Source of the DNA: an uncultured Ilumatobacter sp.
GTDB lineage: Bacteria; Actinomycetota; Acidimicrobiia; Acidimicrobiales; Ilumatobacteraceae
Direction: 5' to 3'
Length of the DNA stretch: 62,477 nt
Assembly: GCA_938044705.1 (NCBI GenBank)
Contig: CALIOL010000028.1
Location: forward strand, 1 to 62,477
The stretch's first letter is position 1. Each line of letters opens with the position of its first letter. The notes below the pieces were generated by a model. That model was not told the origin of the DNA. It saw only the letters and a list, made by a program, of their open reading frames with translations, and did no database searches. Shown here in pieces: positions 8,777-18,881 of this stretch. The translations under genes and the position numbers were made by a program.

Positions 8777-10337
8777 AGACGATGCCGCGAGCTCGGAGGC
8801 AGACAGCCAGGATGCTGCGCTTGCTTGGGGCACGACGTCGTTCGAGCCGGGTGGAGACGTCGGACTGGTTGCGCAGCAGACCGTTGGACTCGTGGAGCGT
8901 GACAATCCTTCGACTCGAGAGAAGCTCTGGAGTCTGGTCTCCGGTGACGCTCCCTTGGACGACATCTTGGACGAGCTCTCGTCGACGGGGTTGAAGGCAC
9001 TTCCCGACTTCGGGCTGGCACAGGTCGAGGGAGCAGCGATCCGCATTGTTGCCCGCGGTCAGATCAGGATTGCTGCAGAGCTCTCGTCGGGGTCGGTGCA
9101 CGAGATCGACCCGTCTGGTGTGAGGACCTGGATCGAGGAACTCGTCGACGACGTCGTCGCCATCACCATCGCGCTTCCGGCACGCGACGACGACACGCCA
9201 GCAGCAAGCACGGATGCGTTCGCCGTCCTCGCGGGATCGGTGCCGGCGACTTCGTTGTCTCGGCGCTACGACGCGCCCGACGCTCTCGCCGAGACTGCGA
9301 CGAGCGGCGCGGGATGGACGGCCAGAGGCGCCGGTGCATCGACGGCTCCGGAAACGCCGGCTCCGGAAGAACCGGCTCCGGAAGAACCGGCTCCAGAAGA
9401 GGAGTTGGCTGCTTCGGCGCCCGCCGCGACATCGGACGTCGATCTGGAGATGGTGGATGACATCGACGTGCCGGACGCCGCTGTCGAGCCGGACGCTGTC
9501 GAGGAGGCCGGGGACAACTGGTTCGACGAGCAGGCCGGTGACTCCGCGGCCGTGATCCCACCGCAACCGCAGATGGACGATGTCGTCATCGAGGGAGATC
9601 TCGCCGAGGTGGCGCCCGCCGATGCGGTCGACATCACCGCCGACCCGGAGCCCGAGGCCGCCGAACCTGCGAGCGCACCGCCCGCCGATGCGCCGCCGGC
9701 CGACCCGCAGCCAGCGTCGCCGCAACCGCCGCCACCGGTTGCCGCGCCGTCCGGCCCGCCTCCCAGCAGCCCTGGTGCAGGCGGTCCGCCGCCACCCGCC
9801 GAACGCCCAGATGCAACGGTGGTGGTCGGGCCCGACGACGGCCCCACGCGAGGCCCCGTCAGCTCGATTTTCGACGACGACTTCGACGATCACGCCGCCG
9901 GAAGTACTCCGATGGGCGACCACGACGGTATGACTGCAGCTCATGCTGAGCTCGACGATGGGGGTTCCGCAGGGATGCCACCGACAGATGCGCCCGTGTA
10001 CGGCGTCCTTGCGTTCTCGAACGGTGAACGCATCAACGTCGACCGTGCGGTGCTCATCGGACGCAATCCGAAGGTCGCAGGAGCAGTCGAGGGCGGGCTC
10101 CCGCACATCATGAAGTTCGACGGCCCGGGTCAGGGATTGTCGCGGACTCACGCCGAAGTACGCGTCGAGGCGGGCGAAGTCGTGATCGAAGACCTGCAGT
10201 CCACGAACGGGACCGAAGTGCAGCTCCCCGGGCAGCAGCGACGCCGCCTTCGCGCTGGCGAACCGGTGGTGATCGTGCCGGGAACGCTCGTCGACTTCGG
10301 TGACGAACTGCACTGCACGCTCGAATCGGCGAGCTGA
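8754..10337 (+). CDS. C-terminal FHA-domain protein with acidic/Pro-rich linker
   Basis: IGRNP, LSRTH and DLQSTNGT motifs; RBS GAGGAG before ATG 8754. Confidence 0.88.
   Translation: MPDKKTTEDDAASSEADSQDAALAWGTTSFEPGGDVGLVAQQTVGLVERDNPSTREKLWSLVSGDAPLDDILDELSSTGLKALPDFGLAQVEGAAIRIVARGQIRIAAELSSGSVHEIDPSGVRTWIEELVDDVVAITIALPARDDDTPAASTDAFAVLAGSVPATSLSRRYDAPDALAETATSGAGWTARGAGASTAPETPAPEEPAPEEPAPEEELAASAPAATSDVDLEMVDDIDVPDAAVEPDAVEEAGDNWFDEQAGDSAAVIPPQPQMDDVVIEGDLAEVAPADAVDITADPEPEAAEPASAPPADAPPADPQPASPQPPPPVAAPSGPPPSSPGAGGPPPPAERPDATVVVGPDDGPTRGPVSSIFDDDFDDHAAGSTPMGDHDGMTAAHAELDDGGSAGMPPTDAPVYGVLAFSNGERINVDRAVLIGRNPKVAGAVEGGLPHIMKFDGPGQGLSRTHAEVRVEAGEVVIEDLQSTNGTEVQLPGQQRRRLRAGEPVVIVPGTLVDFGDELHCTLESAS
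9344..9403 (+). repeat. 4 x 15-bp tandem coding repeat (APEEP-like)
   Basis: ggctccggaaacgcc / ggctccggaagaacc x2 / ggctccagaagagga. Confidence 0.85.
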
Positions 10338-10343
10338 GCGCTG

Positions 10344-11054
10344 ATGGGTTTGGTCGTCGACTTCGTCGGGGCCCGTACGACCCTGGTGCCCGGCGAGACC
10401 TTTGTGATCGGGCGAGAAGGTGATCTCGTCGTCGACGACAATCCATTCCTCCATCGGCAATTCCTCACGCTGACCGATCCGGGCGGGGTCTGGGTGCTGA
10501 CGAACGTCGGTGATCAGCTCGCTGCCACCGTGTCGGACCCCGAGGGTCGACTCGAGGCCTTTCTCGGCCCGGGTGCTGTCCTGCCGATCGTGTTCGAGCA
10601 GACACTCCTGCGGTTCACCGCTGGTCCGACCACCTACGAGATCTTGCTGCTCCACGATGCGCCCGCGTTTCGAGCCAGCCCGCTCGAGGATCCGGTCATG
10701 GACGATTCGGACGGTCGAGCAACCATCGGTCGGGTGATGCTGACCCTTGATCAGCAGCTGCTGATCCTCGCGTTGGCCGAGGCGGGACTCACGTCGGGTG
10801 GCGGCGCGTCGGCGGTGCTGCCAACGAGCGCTCAGGCCGCAGCCCGGCTCGGCTGGACGGTGACGAAGTTCAACCGGAAGCTGGACAACGTCTGTGACAA
10901 GTTGAGCAAGCTTGGCGTTCGCGGGTTGCACGGGGATGCGGGGCGGCTCGCTTCGAATCGCCGGGCGCGACTGGTCGAGTACGCGCTTGCGGTCCGCCTG
11001 GTCACCCGTGAAGACCTCGCTGTGCTCGATCAGGCAACGGCTCACGCCGACTGA
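10344..11054 (+). CDS. degenerate-FHA + C-terminal HTH-like protein
   Basis: N-terminal FVIGREGD..DNPFLHR..W.L.N.G (FHA-like); C-terminal 'SAQAAARLGWTVTKFNRKLDNVCDKL' (HTH-like). Confidence 0.7.
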   Translation: MGLVVDFVGARTTLVPGETFVIGREGDLVVDDNPFLHRQFLTLTDPGGVWVLTNVGDQLAATVSDPEGRLEAFLGPGAVLPIVFEQTLLRFTAGPTTYEILLLHDAPAFRASPLEDPVMDDSDGRATIGRVMLTLDQQLLILALAEAGLTSGGGASAVLPTSAQAAARLGWTVTKFNRKLDNVCDKLSKLGVRGLHGDAGRLASNRRARLVEYALAVRLVTREDLAVLDQATAHAD

Positions 11055-11188
11055 CGCACGAAGCCAATCTCTCCGTCGGCGTGGGCACTGCGGAGGTGCT
11101 CAGATCGTTGCGTGCCCGTGGTGCACCAGGTGGGTCGGTCATGATGTGTCCGTGCAGTGTGAGCAATCGATGACCGCGCGAGCATCCG

Positions 11189-12367
11189 ATGTGTGAACGC
11201 TGCCTGCCGCCGCTCTCGCGTCGGCAGGTGTTGGGCCTTGCCGGGGCAGTAACGGCCGCTGCGCTCCTCGGCCCTCCGAATCCAGCCGCAGCGGCCCGGG
11301 CGTTCCAGACCGGCTACGGCGTGGCGATCGAGCCGCGAGCCACGTGGGCCGGCGACAGCCGCCCGACGTTGGCCACTCCACCTGACGAAACCGTGAGGTT
11401 CCTCCTCGTCCACCACACCGCCGGTCCGAGCGAAGGTGACCCGATCGAACTCATGCGTCAGGTCTACGACTTTCACACCGGTCCAGAAAAGGGCTGGCCT
11501 GACGTGGCGTACAACTTCTTCGTCGAACCCGGCGGACGAGTGTTCGAAGCTCGCGCGGGCAGTCTGAGTCGGGCGGTCGAGGCGTCGGCGACGGGCGGGA
11601 ACCAAGGCTTCGCTCAACTCGTCTGTCTGCTCGGTGACTTCACGAGTCGGAACCCGACCGACGCACAACTCGCCTCGCTCAACCAGACCTTGGCGTGGTT
11701 GGCCGACCGGTACGGACTCGACACGTCACCAGGAGCAACGAGTTCGTTCACGTCCCGAGGTTCCAACAGATGGTCGGCAGGCACCGAAGTGACCGCCGAC
11801 ATCATCTCGGGTCACCGAGAAATGAGCGCTACCGCATGTCCGGGTGACACGTTCTTCCCGTATCTCAAGGAGCGGGTGCAAGCCGAGGTCCACACGCTGC
11901 GTGGGAGTCCTCAGGCTCCGGTTGAGGAGCCCGACACGTCGTCGACACAGGTCCCGGCGTCGACGCAGGCGCCGGTGCCGACGACCGAACCGGTCTCGTC
12001 GACACCGTCGGTTGTGGTCTCATCCACCGCCGCACCACAACCGGTCAGTACGACGACGGTCCCTCCCGACACCGTGGCGACAGTTGCCGCGCCCACCACG
12101 GCGCTGGACCCGTCGGTTGCGCCCGGTTCGGTGCCGTCCGGCGGCGAGTTCGCCGATCGAGCGGCTGGGGTCGGTCAGGCAGCCACGGGCCGAACGTCGA
12201 CGAGCGTGGCGCCTTGGACGATCGGCGCCGGCGCAGCCACGGTTGCCGCTGCGGCTGCCGGGGCGTTGTATCTGGGGGCGCGCTCGCGCCGCGAGACCGG
12301 TGAAACGTCGCCGCATGCGGACGATTCCCAACGTCCGCCACCAGGCGGAGCGGACCCGTTGGCCTGA
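11189..12367 (+). CDS. Tat-exported N-acetylmuramoyl-L-alanine amidase (Amidase_2/PGRP) with C-terminal anchor
   Basis: SRRQVL Tat motif; VHHTAG, DVAYNF, GHRE and TACPG Zn-amidase motifs; Thr/Pro stalk, then TM and basic residues. Confidence 0.88.
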   Translation: MCERCLPPLSRRQVLGLAGAVTAAALLGPPNPAAAARAFQTGYGVAIEPRATWAGDSRPTLATPPDETVRFLLVHHTAGPSEGDPIELMRQVYDFHTGPEKGWPDVAYNFFVEPGGRVFEARAGSLSRAVEASATGGNQGFAQLVCLLGDFTSRNPTDAQLASLNQTLAWLADRYGLDTSPGATSSFTSRGSNRWSAGTEVTADIISGHREMSATACPGDTFFPYLKERVQAEVHTLRGSPQAPVEEPDTSSTQVPASTQAPVPTTEPVSSTPSVVVSSTAAPQPVSTTTVPPDTVATVAAPTTALDPSVAPGSVPSGGEFADRAAGVGQAATGRTSTSVAPWTIGAGAATVAAAAAGALYLGARSRRETGETSPHADDSQRPPPGGADPLA

Positions 12368-12560
12368 CGGTCCCGGCGCTCGCTCGCCGTGTTCGACCCG
12401 CTGCGCCGAGCGGCGCTTCGGTCCGGAGGGTGACATTGCTGCACCCGATCTCCTAAGTTTGCGTCGTTGTGAGAGCAGACGCGCCGAGCGAGTGCTGTCC
12501 GGGCGGGACCGGAACGAGTCGAAGGAGCCCTGACGCGCCTGCTCCGACGGGGCAAGCAAC

Positions 12561-13622
12561 GTGAGCCTGCGGATCGACGGTTTCAACGACGTCGCCCCGC
12601 TCGCCGGCGGTGGGTTCGGGTCGGTGTACAAGGCAACCAGAGCGTCGACCGGCGGAGTCGTGGCGCTGAAGGTCCTCGATCGAGCCCACGGTGACGACGA
12701 CGATCTCCTCGAACGTCGCCTCCGGCGTGAGATCGCTGCGCTCGTTGCGCTCAAGGGGCACCCGAACATCGTTCAGGTCGAACAGGTCGTGAGCACAGCG
12801 AACGGTCCTGCGATCGTGATGGAGTTCATGAGTCGCGGCTCGGTGCTGGACTCTGACGAGGCGGGGAACACCGCGGCAGCGCGCGTTGCGTTCATCGGCG
12901 CTGCTGCTGCCGCCGGGCTCCAAGCTGCTCACGACGTCGGCATCGTGCATCGCGACGTCAAGCCCCAGAACGTGCTGGTCAACAACTTCGGGCAGGTGAA
13001 GCTGTGCGACTTCGGCATCGCCGCGATCCAGAAGTCAGCGGAGTTCCAAACGCACACGACTGCGCTCTCGGTTCGGTACGCGAGTCCGGAGGAGTTGGAC
13101 AACGACCCGGACATCGGAGCGCCCACCGACGTCTACTCGTTGGGCGCGTCGATGTTCCACCTCATGTACGGGGAACCTCCATCGTTCCGAGGCGGTCGCG
13201 GCGCCGATCCGAACCTCACTCGCAACAACCGGGGCAATGATCCGGTCGCCGACAACGTTGCGACCATCATCGAACGCTGCCTCGCCGAGGATGCCAAGGA
13301 CCGGCCGACCGCCAACGAGTGCTTCGGGTTGCTGTCGGACGTGACCGGGCCGGGAGCTGCGAAGATCGAAAACGAGCGGGAGTCTCCGATCGCTGCTCGG
13401 CGACGACGTCGGCGCGAGGCGCAAGGCGACGACATCACGGCGGAGCGACCGAGCAAGGACCGTCCGTCATCGGGGCAACCGTCGCAGCCGCCGCCGCCGA
13501 ATCCGGCCGATCGCCGAGATGATTCGGGCGCAGCGCCGCTGCTTCCCTCGGGCGATCCCTCCGGTCCCGCCCCAGCGCCGAAGTCCCTGCCGCCGACGTC
13601 GAACGAACGCTGGTGGACGTGA
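12561..13622 (+). CDS. soluble Hanks-type Ser/Thr protein kinase
   Basis: [28 protein letters not shown] and DVYSLG motifs; no TM segment. Confidence 0.93.
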   Translation: MSLRIDGFNDVAPLAGGGFGSVYKATRASTGGVVALKVLDRAHGDDDDLLERRLRREIAALVALKGHPNIVQVEQVVSTANGPAIVMEFMSRGSVLDSDEAGNTAAARVAFIGAAAAAGLQAAHDVGIVHRDVKPQNVLVNNFGQVKLCDFGIAAIQKSAEFQTHTTALSVRYASPEELDNDPDIGAPTDVYSLGASMFHLMYGEPPSFRGGRGADPNLTRNNRGNDPVADNVATIIERCLAEDAKDRPTANECFGLLSDVTGPGAAKIENERESPIAARRRRRREAQGDDITAERPSKDRPSSGQPSQPPPPNPADRRDDSGAAPLLPSGDPSGPAPAPKSLPPTSNERWWT

Positions 13623-15784
13623 GCCAGTCCAACCGCGGCACGACGAGCCGGTGGCCGACCGGCACCGAGTACGCCGCCGCTGTTCAGCAACCCAGCACGT
13701 CGTTCTCCGATCCGGAACTCCAGACCGGAGAGTTGACGCTGACGCCACTCGGGATTCCGGCATCCGCCAGCGGGCAGAGCGCGATCGCCTTCCACATGCA
13801 GGCGAAGGACCGGCCGGTCGCCGTTCGATGCTTGTTGAACGAACACGACGACGGACGTGAGCGATACAAGGCGCTGCAGGAGCACGTCGAGGCGTACAAC
13901 GTGCCGTCGGTGGTGCCAGCGAAGTGGCTGGACGACGGCGTGCGGGTTCACGGCCAGTGGTGGCCGGTCGTGGTCATGCCGTGGGTCGCGGGTGATCCGC
14001 TCCACATCGCCGTCGAGGATCGACTCGACGATCCAACTCGCCTCTCGCGTCTTGCGGACCGTTGGCTCGACCTCGTCGAGCTGCTCCAGGACAAGGAATT
14101 CGCTCACGGCGACTACCAGCACGGCAACGTCTTGCTCACCGACGACGACGAGTTCCAACTGGTCGACCTCGATGGCATCTGGGTTCCGGACATGGGAGTC
14201 GGATCTCCCAACGAGTACGGCCACCCGAACTATCAACACATCAATCGTTCCGACACCGACTGGGGCCCGTACGTCGACACGTTCTCGGCGTTGGTGATCG
14301 CGCTCTCGATGTTTGCGCTGGCTCACGACCCGGGCTTGGCCCGATTCATGACCGGCGAGAATCTGCTGTTCGCGACCCCGGACTTCGAAGATCCAGACAA
14401 CGCAGAGATCTGGCGTGCACTGGCGAGGTCGCGTGACGACGAAGTCGTCGACCTCACCGGTCGGCTGCATGCGTTCGCACGGGCGGGCCGACCCCCGGCG
14501 ATGTCGGTTCGAGAAGTACTCGACGCATCCTTCGAGCCGTCGGAACTTCTCGTCGATCGCGATCCCGGTGCCTCTGCCCTCACACCCGACGGGCTCCCGA
14601 CGACGACCGCCAATGATGCCTGGTGGGTGGATACCACCTCGCAGCCGCCCCCTCCGGTCGTCTCGCCGGTCGCCACGACCGCGAACAGTTTCTGGGCCGG
14701 CGACGCCCATCCCGATATTTCGGCATCCCAACCTGCGGCCCCGGGTGCTCCCGGTCTGGCACCTGCAGCTCAACCCGCCCACCACCCGCCGCAGCCGGTC
14801 CCACAGCGGCAACCTCCACCACCCGGACCTCCGTCGGTGGTGACCCACGCTGCGGCACGCGCGAGTGCACCGCAGCCGACCGGGCTGGCGCGAATCACCG
14901 GGCAACCGGTGTTGGCAGGTCTGGTCGGCGGGGCGATCGCTGGGCTGTTCGGCTCGATATTGGGCGGCCTGTTGCAAGCCGTGCTGCCCGACGCAAAGGT
15001 CGATGGTGGCCTGTTCGTGGGCATGATCGCTGCGATGCTCGGGGGGATGGTGCACACGTGGCCAGCGCTCAACCTCTCGAACTACGAGTTGGCCTTCCGT
15101 CGATTCCTGATCGGCGCCGCCGTCGGGCTCGTTGCGGGCATCATCGCGGTCTTCGTCGCTGACGTGATGACTCGCGCGACGTTGAGTGCGGGCGATACCA
15201 AGAACGCCGTGCTGGTCGCCTATGTGTGGGCGCTCACTGCTGCACTCGTCGGCTTGGCGGTCGGTTTGCTGCGGTCGCCCAAAGCCGGCGCCTATGCGTT
15301 CTCGGGCGGTGCGGTCGCCGGGTTCGCCGGCGGATTCGTACACGGCTCGACGACCGCTGAGTTCGAGAACCGGGCGTTGCAGGTGAACGGTTTCGACGCT
15401 CGGGTACTGCTGATCGCGAGCTTCGTCGCGATGCTGATCGGAGTGCTCGTCGCCGTGGCGATTCGGACCGCCCGGAACGGCTCGTTGGTCGTGATCGAAG
15501 GTCCGGGACAAGGCACCGTGATCGATTTCCACGCCAGCAAGGTCACCATCGGCGGAAGCAACAGCGACACGTTGGTCGTGAAGGGCAAGGAGCTCCCTGC
15601 GAAGGCCGTGCAGATGAACGTCGGAGACCATCACGCTGAGGCGACCTCTGACGTTGCGATACTCGTCGATGGTGCCGTTCAACCACAGCGATTTGCGATG
15701 TACTCGGGACAGGTGATGGCCATCGCGGGTGTGTTCATTCGTTTGGAGATCAAATCCGAGTTCGGTCAGGGGGTCTCGCAGTGA
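13619..15784 (+). CDS. atypical kinase domain + Pro-rich linker + multi-TM + degenerate FHA
   Basis: SGQSAIAF glycine-loop variant, [21 protein letters not shown]; about 6-7 hydrophobic segments; C-terminal FHA-like fold lacking the GR arginine; GTGA overlap with the upstream kinase. Confidence 0.8.
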   Translation: MSQSNRGTTSRWPTGTEYAAAVQQPSTSFSDPELQTGELTLTPLGIPASASGQSAIAFHMQAKDRPVAVRCLLNEHDDGRERYKALQEHVEAYNVPSVVPAKWLDDGVRVHGQWWPVVVMPWVAGDPLHIAVEDRLDDPTRLSRLADRWLDLVELLQDKEFAHGDYQHGNVLLTDDDEFQLVDLDGIWVPDMGVGSPNEYGHPNYQHINRSDTDWGPYVDTFSALVIALSMFALAHDPGLARFMTGENLLFATPDFEDPDNAEIWRALARSRDDEVVDLTGRLHAFARAGRPPAMSVREVLDASFEPSELLVDRDPGASALTPDGLPTTTANDAWWVDTTSQPPPPVVSPVATTANSFWAGDAHPDISASQPAAPGAPGLAPAAQPAHHPPQPVPQRQPPPPGPPSVVTHAAARASAPQPTGLARITGQPVLAGLVGGAIAGLFGSILGGLLQAVLPDAKVDGGLFVGMIAAMLGGMVHTWPALNLSNYELAFRRFLIGAAVGLVAGIIAVFVADVMTRATLSAGDTKNAVLVAYVWALTAALVGLAVGLLRSPKAGAYAFSGGAVAGFAGGFVHGSTTAEFENRALQVNGFDARVLLIASFVAMLIGVLVAVAIRTARNGSLVVIEGPGQGTVIDFHASKVTIGGSNSDTLVVKGKELPAKAVQMNVGDHHAEATSDVAILVDGAVQPQRFAMYSGQVMAIAGVFIRLEIKSEFGQGVSQ

Positions 15785-16851
15785 CCCCACAGCGACTGGT
15801 TGCAGCTGTTGCGGCGCTCGCCGTCGGCTTCGGAGTCACGCTGGTCGGGGTGACCCTCGACGATGCTGACGACGACGCGGTCGCCACCGTCGAGTCCGAA
15901 GCGACGCAGCCTGACCCGGACGTCCTCGACGACGCCGAGGCACAAGACGGTGTTGCCGAGCCTGCCGAGCAAGAAGAGGAAGTCGCAGACGAACCCGAAC
16001 CCGCCGAGGTCGACGCACCGGTCGAGGTCGAGGATCAGGCCGAGACGGACCAGTCGCCGCAGTCGCAAGACGCTCCTGCGAACCCGGCTGAATCAGCGCC
16101 GGCAACCACCGTGGTGATGGAGATCGAGGAGGTGGAAGAGACCGACCCGTTCGATGGCCCACTGTCGGGACAGGCCTGTGTGGACGTCGTCAGTCTTCCC
16201 AGCAACCGTGGGTTCTCCGACTTCGTGTTCATCTCGTTCCGGTCCGAGTCGACGATCGTGCTCCTCGGTCCGGAAGGTCGAGTCGTCGGTTCGCTGCCTG
16301 ACGATTTCGATCTGGAGATCGTGCCGCGGGAAGTGACCTTCGACGACGGGTTGCCCGTGGCGTTCGGCCCGGTGTGCAGCGAGGACGAGCCGTTCGGTGA
16401 GGTGCCGACCGGGGAGGAGTCCTTCGGCGAGTCCGTGGCTCCGTGCGAGGGCATCGATCTCTCCGTTGGGGCCATTGAGATCTTCGAAGTGTTGGCCCCC
16501 GCATACGGCGACGCACTACCCCTCGGTGAGGTCACCGAACTCGAGGCCTACCGGTTCCTCGTCGCGGCGGTTGCAGAACGCGCCGCTGACGGGTCGTTCT
16601 TCGAGTTCTTCGATGCCGTGGAGGTGAGCATCGATGGCTTCAGGAGCGAGTGCCCGTTCGACGTCGACTCGTTCGCCGACTTCGACCTGATCGTCGATCT
16701 CTTCATCGACGACGATTTCTTCGACATCGAATACGACGAGTTCTTGTGCAACCTCGGCCAATTGTCCGCAGATTCGAGGCTCATCGATCTCCTCGACGAC
16801 CGAGCAGAAGCATTCGACACCATCAGCTGCGAGTACGCAGAGGAGGCTTGA
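15781..16851 (+). CDS. acidic secreted or membrane-anchored hypothetical protein
   Basis: N-terminal hydrophobic segment, very D/E-rich, six Cys; coupled to both neighbours (GTGA, TGATG). Confidence 0.75.
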   Translation: MTPQRLVAAVAALAVGFGVTLVGVTLDDADDDAVATVESEATQPDPDVLDDAEAQDGVAEPAEQEEEVADEPEPAEVDAPVEVEDQAETDQSPQSQDAPANPAESAPATTVVMEIEEVEETDPFDGPLSGQACVDVVSLPSNRGFSDFVFISFRSESTIVLLGPEGRVVGSLPDDFDLEIVPREVTFDDGLPVAFGPVCSEDEPFGEVPTGEESFGESVAPCEGIDLSVGAIEIFEVLAPAYGDALPLGEVTELEAYRFLVAAVAERAADGSFFEFFDAVEVSIDGFRSECPFDVDSFADFDLIVDLFIDDDFFDIEYDEFLCNLGQLSADSRLIDLLDDRAEAFDTISCEYAEEA

Positions 16852-17696
16852 TGTACACACAACGAGTTGACCGAGCAACGCCGAGTTGTCTCATCTTTCT
16901 GGTCGACCAGTCGGCGTCGATGTATGAGCCGATGGCCGGCACCGAGACACCGAAATCGGTGGTGGTCGCCGAGCAGTTGAACTCGACGGTGATGGAGCTG
17001 ATCCAGCGCTGCTCGAAGTCGCACACCGAGCCACCGCGGCCGTACTTCGCGGTGTCGGTCATCGGTTACCGCACCGATGAGACAGCGAGCGCAGTCGTCG
17101 ATACGTGCATCAACGTCCCAGGCCAGCAGGGCGACCTGGCGTGGACGACGGACTTGGCGCAGCATCCGCTTCGTATCGAGGACCGGACCCGTCAGACCAG
17201 CGACGGACCGCTGTCCTACCGCATGCCCATCTGGGTCGAACCGCTCAACGAGGGTGGGACGCCGATGTGCGCGGCGATGGACCGCGCCGGCCGCATCGCT
17301 CACTCCTGGATCCAGACCTATCCGCAGAGTTTCCCGCCGATCGTGATCAATCTGACCGACGGCGAGTCGACCGATGGTGACGCCGCGACGTGGGCTGCTC
17401 GGCTGACTCAGCTCGAATCCGAAGACGGACCGTTGCTGTTGTTCAACATCATGCTTGCGACCGGCAGCGTGCTCACCCCGGCGATGTTTCCGAACAGTGC
17501 GAACCAGCTCGGCGATCAATTCGCTCGTCAGCTCTTCACCATGTCGAGTGAGTTGCCGGAGTTCATGCGCACCGCTGCGGTCCGTCAGGGATATCAGGCC
17601 GAGCCAGGCGCACGCGGCATGTCGATGAATGCCGACTTTCGGGCGGTCGTGTCGTTTCTCAATGTGGGTACCTCGGTGGGGCATCTGCTGCGATGA
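16851..17696 (+). CDS. vWA-domain protein (TerY-like)
   Basis: MIDAS IFLVDQSASM, GGTPM and VINLTDGE; RBS AGGAGG. Confidence 0.88.
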   Translation: MYTQRVDRATPSCLIFLVDQSASMYEPMAGTETPKSVVVAEQLNSTVMELIQRCSKSHTEPPRPYFAVSVIGYRTDETASAVVDTCINVPGQQGDLAWTTDLAQHPLRIEDRTRQTSDGPLSYRMPIWVEPLNEGGTPMCAAMDRAGRIAHSWIQTYPQSFPPIVINLTDGESTDGDAATWAARLTQLESEDGPLLLFNIMLATGSVLTPAMFPNSANQLGDQFARQLFTMSSELPEFMRTAAVRQGYQAEPGARGMSMNADFRAVVSFLNVGTSVGHLLR

Positions 17697-18838
17697 GCAC
17701 ACGATCGGGCGACTCGGGCGGCGACCTGGTGGCGAAGCTCGCGTTGACTGCCGTCGTCGCTGTGGTCGTCGGCGTCGTGAGCGCTGTCAGCGATGTCGGG
17801 GGAGTGTTCACCGTCGTCGCAGTACTCGCTGCCGTGGCGGCATTCTGGGTACTCGACGCGGCGATTCGCCCGTCGTCTGATCACTCGCTCAGCCTGGCTC
17901 CAGGCGCCGGCGGAGCGGCGCTGGCGAGCACCGGGACGCTTCCAGCCTCCGTGTCGACGCAACCGCCCCTGCGCGGGGTGGAGCCGCCGACCGTGGGCGA
18001 GCCGGTCAATCCGGGAACCCGGCCCGTGGTGGCCGACAAGCAGACGGCGACGTTGGATCCATCGCTGTTCGATCCTCAGAGTGTCGAGGTCTCGACCAGC
18101 TCGCAAGGAACGAGCCGTGTCTTCTCGTTGCGGATCGCAAAGCACGGCAACGGAATTGCCGAGTGTGAAGATGCTGTTGCGCTCGACCCCCGGCGTGGTG
18201 TGCTCGCCGTCGCCGACGGGGCTTCGTCGTCCTTCGGCGCAGGCCCCTGGGCTGACACGTTGACGAAGCAGTTCGTGCAGGCACCGCCCAAACCGCTGTC
18301 GGTCGCATCGTTCTCAGAGTGGCTCGGACAAGCGCGTCACGCGCTCCCGGCCGCGGCCGGTGCAGAATCCGACGACCCGAATGGCTGGTGGAGCGAGCAC
18401 GGCGCCCGCCAAGGGGCCTTCTCGACGATCGTGGGGGCCGCGATCATGACCGACGGCGGGTCCCGCGTTGCGACGGTGATGTGCCTGGGTGACTCATGCG
18501 CATTCGTCCTCACGGGGCCTCGAGGAGATCGGGTCGTGCGACGATCGCTGCCCTACGAAGACAGCGAGCAGTTCGGGTCGCATCCTGCACTGTTGGGTTC
18601 GATGGCCGATCGTGCACATGACGAGCCGACATGGACGACGGTTCCCACCGCTCCGGGTGATCTGCTGGTCTTGGCAAGCGATGCCGTCTCGGAATGGCTA
18701 CTCGCCGACCCCCGGCGGTTTCAGCTGTTCGACGGAGACGGGCCTGATGAGATCGCCGGCCGTCTCATCGCGGAGCGCACCGACGGAAAGATCGTGAACG
18801 ACGATCTCACCGTCGCGGTGCTCGAGCTCGCGTCGTGA
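17693..18838 (+). CDS. PP2C-like phosphatase with N-terminal TM hairpin
   Basis: KHGN...CEDA, AVADGAS, LGDSC, LASDA and NDDLT motifs; two N-terminal hydrophobic helices. Confidence 0.85.
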   Translation: MSTRSGDSGGDLVAKLALTAVVAVVVGVVSAVSDVGGVFTVVAVLAAVAAFWVLDAAIRPSSDHSLSLAPGAGGAALASTGTLPASVSTQPPLRGVEPPTVGEPVNPGTRPVVADKQTATLDPSLFDPQSVEVSTSSQGTSRVFSLRIAKHGNGIAECEDAVALDPRRGVLAVADGASSSFGAGPWADTLTKQFVQAPPKPLSVASFSEWLGQARHALPAAAGAESDDPNGWWSEHGARQGAFSTIVGAAIMTDGGSRVATVMCLGDSCAFVLTGPRGDRVVRRSLPYEDSEQFGSHPALLGSMADRAHDEPTWTTVPTAPGDLLVLASDAVSEWLLADPRRFQLFDGDGPDEIAGRLIAERTDGKIVNDDLTVAVLELAS

Positions 18839-18881
18839 GCCTGCGGTCGATGGAGCGGCACGCCCTGCCGAAGCTCTCGGG

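Noticed and set aside
5380-9403. Short tandem repeats as CRISPR or mobile-element signals
   Set aside because: They are in-frame low-complexity peptide repeats with no spacers, cas genes or transposase.
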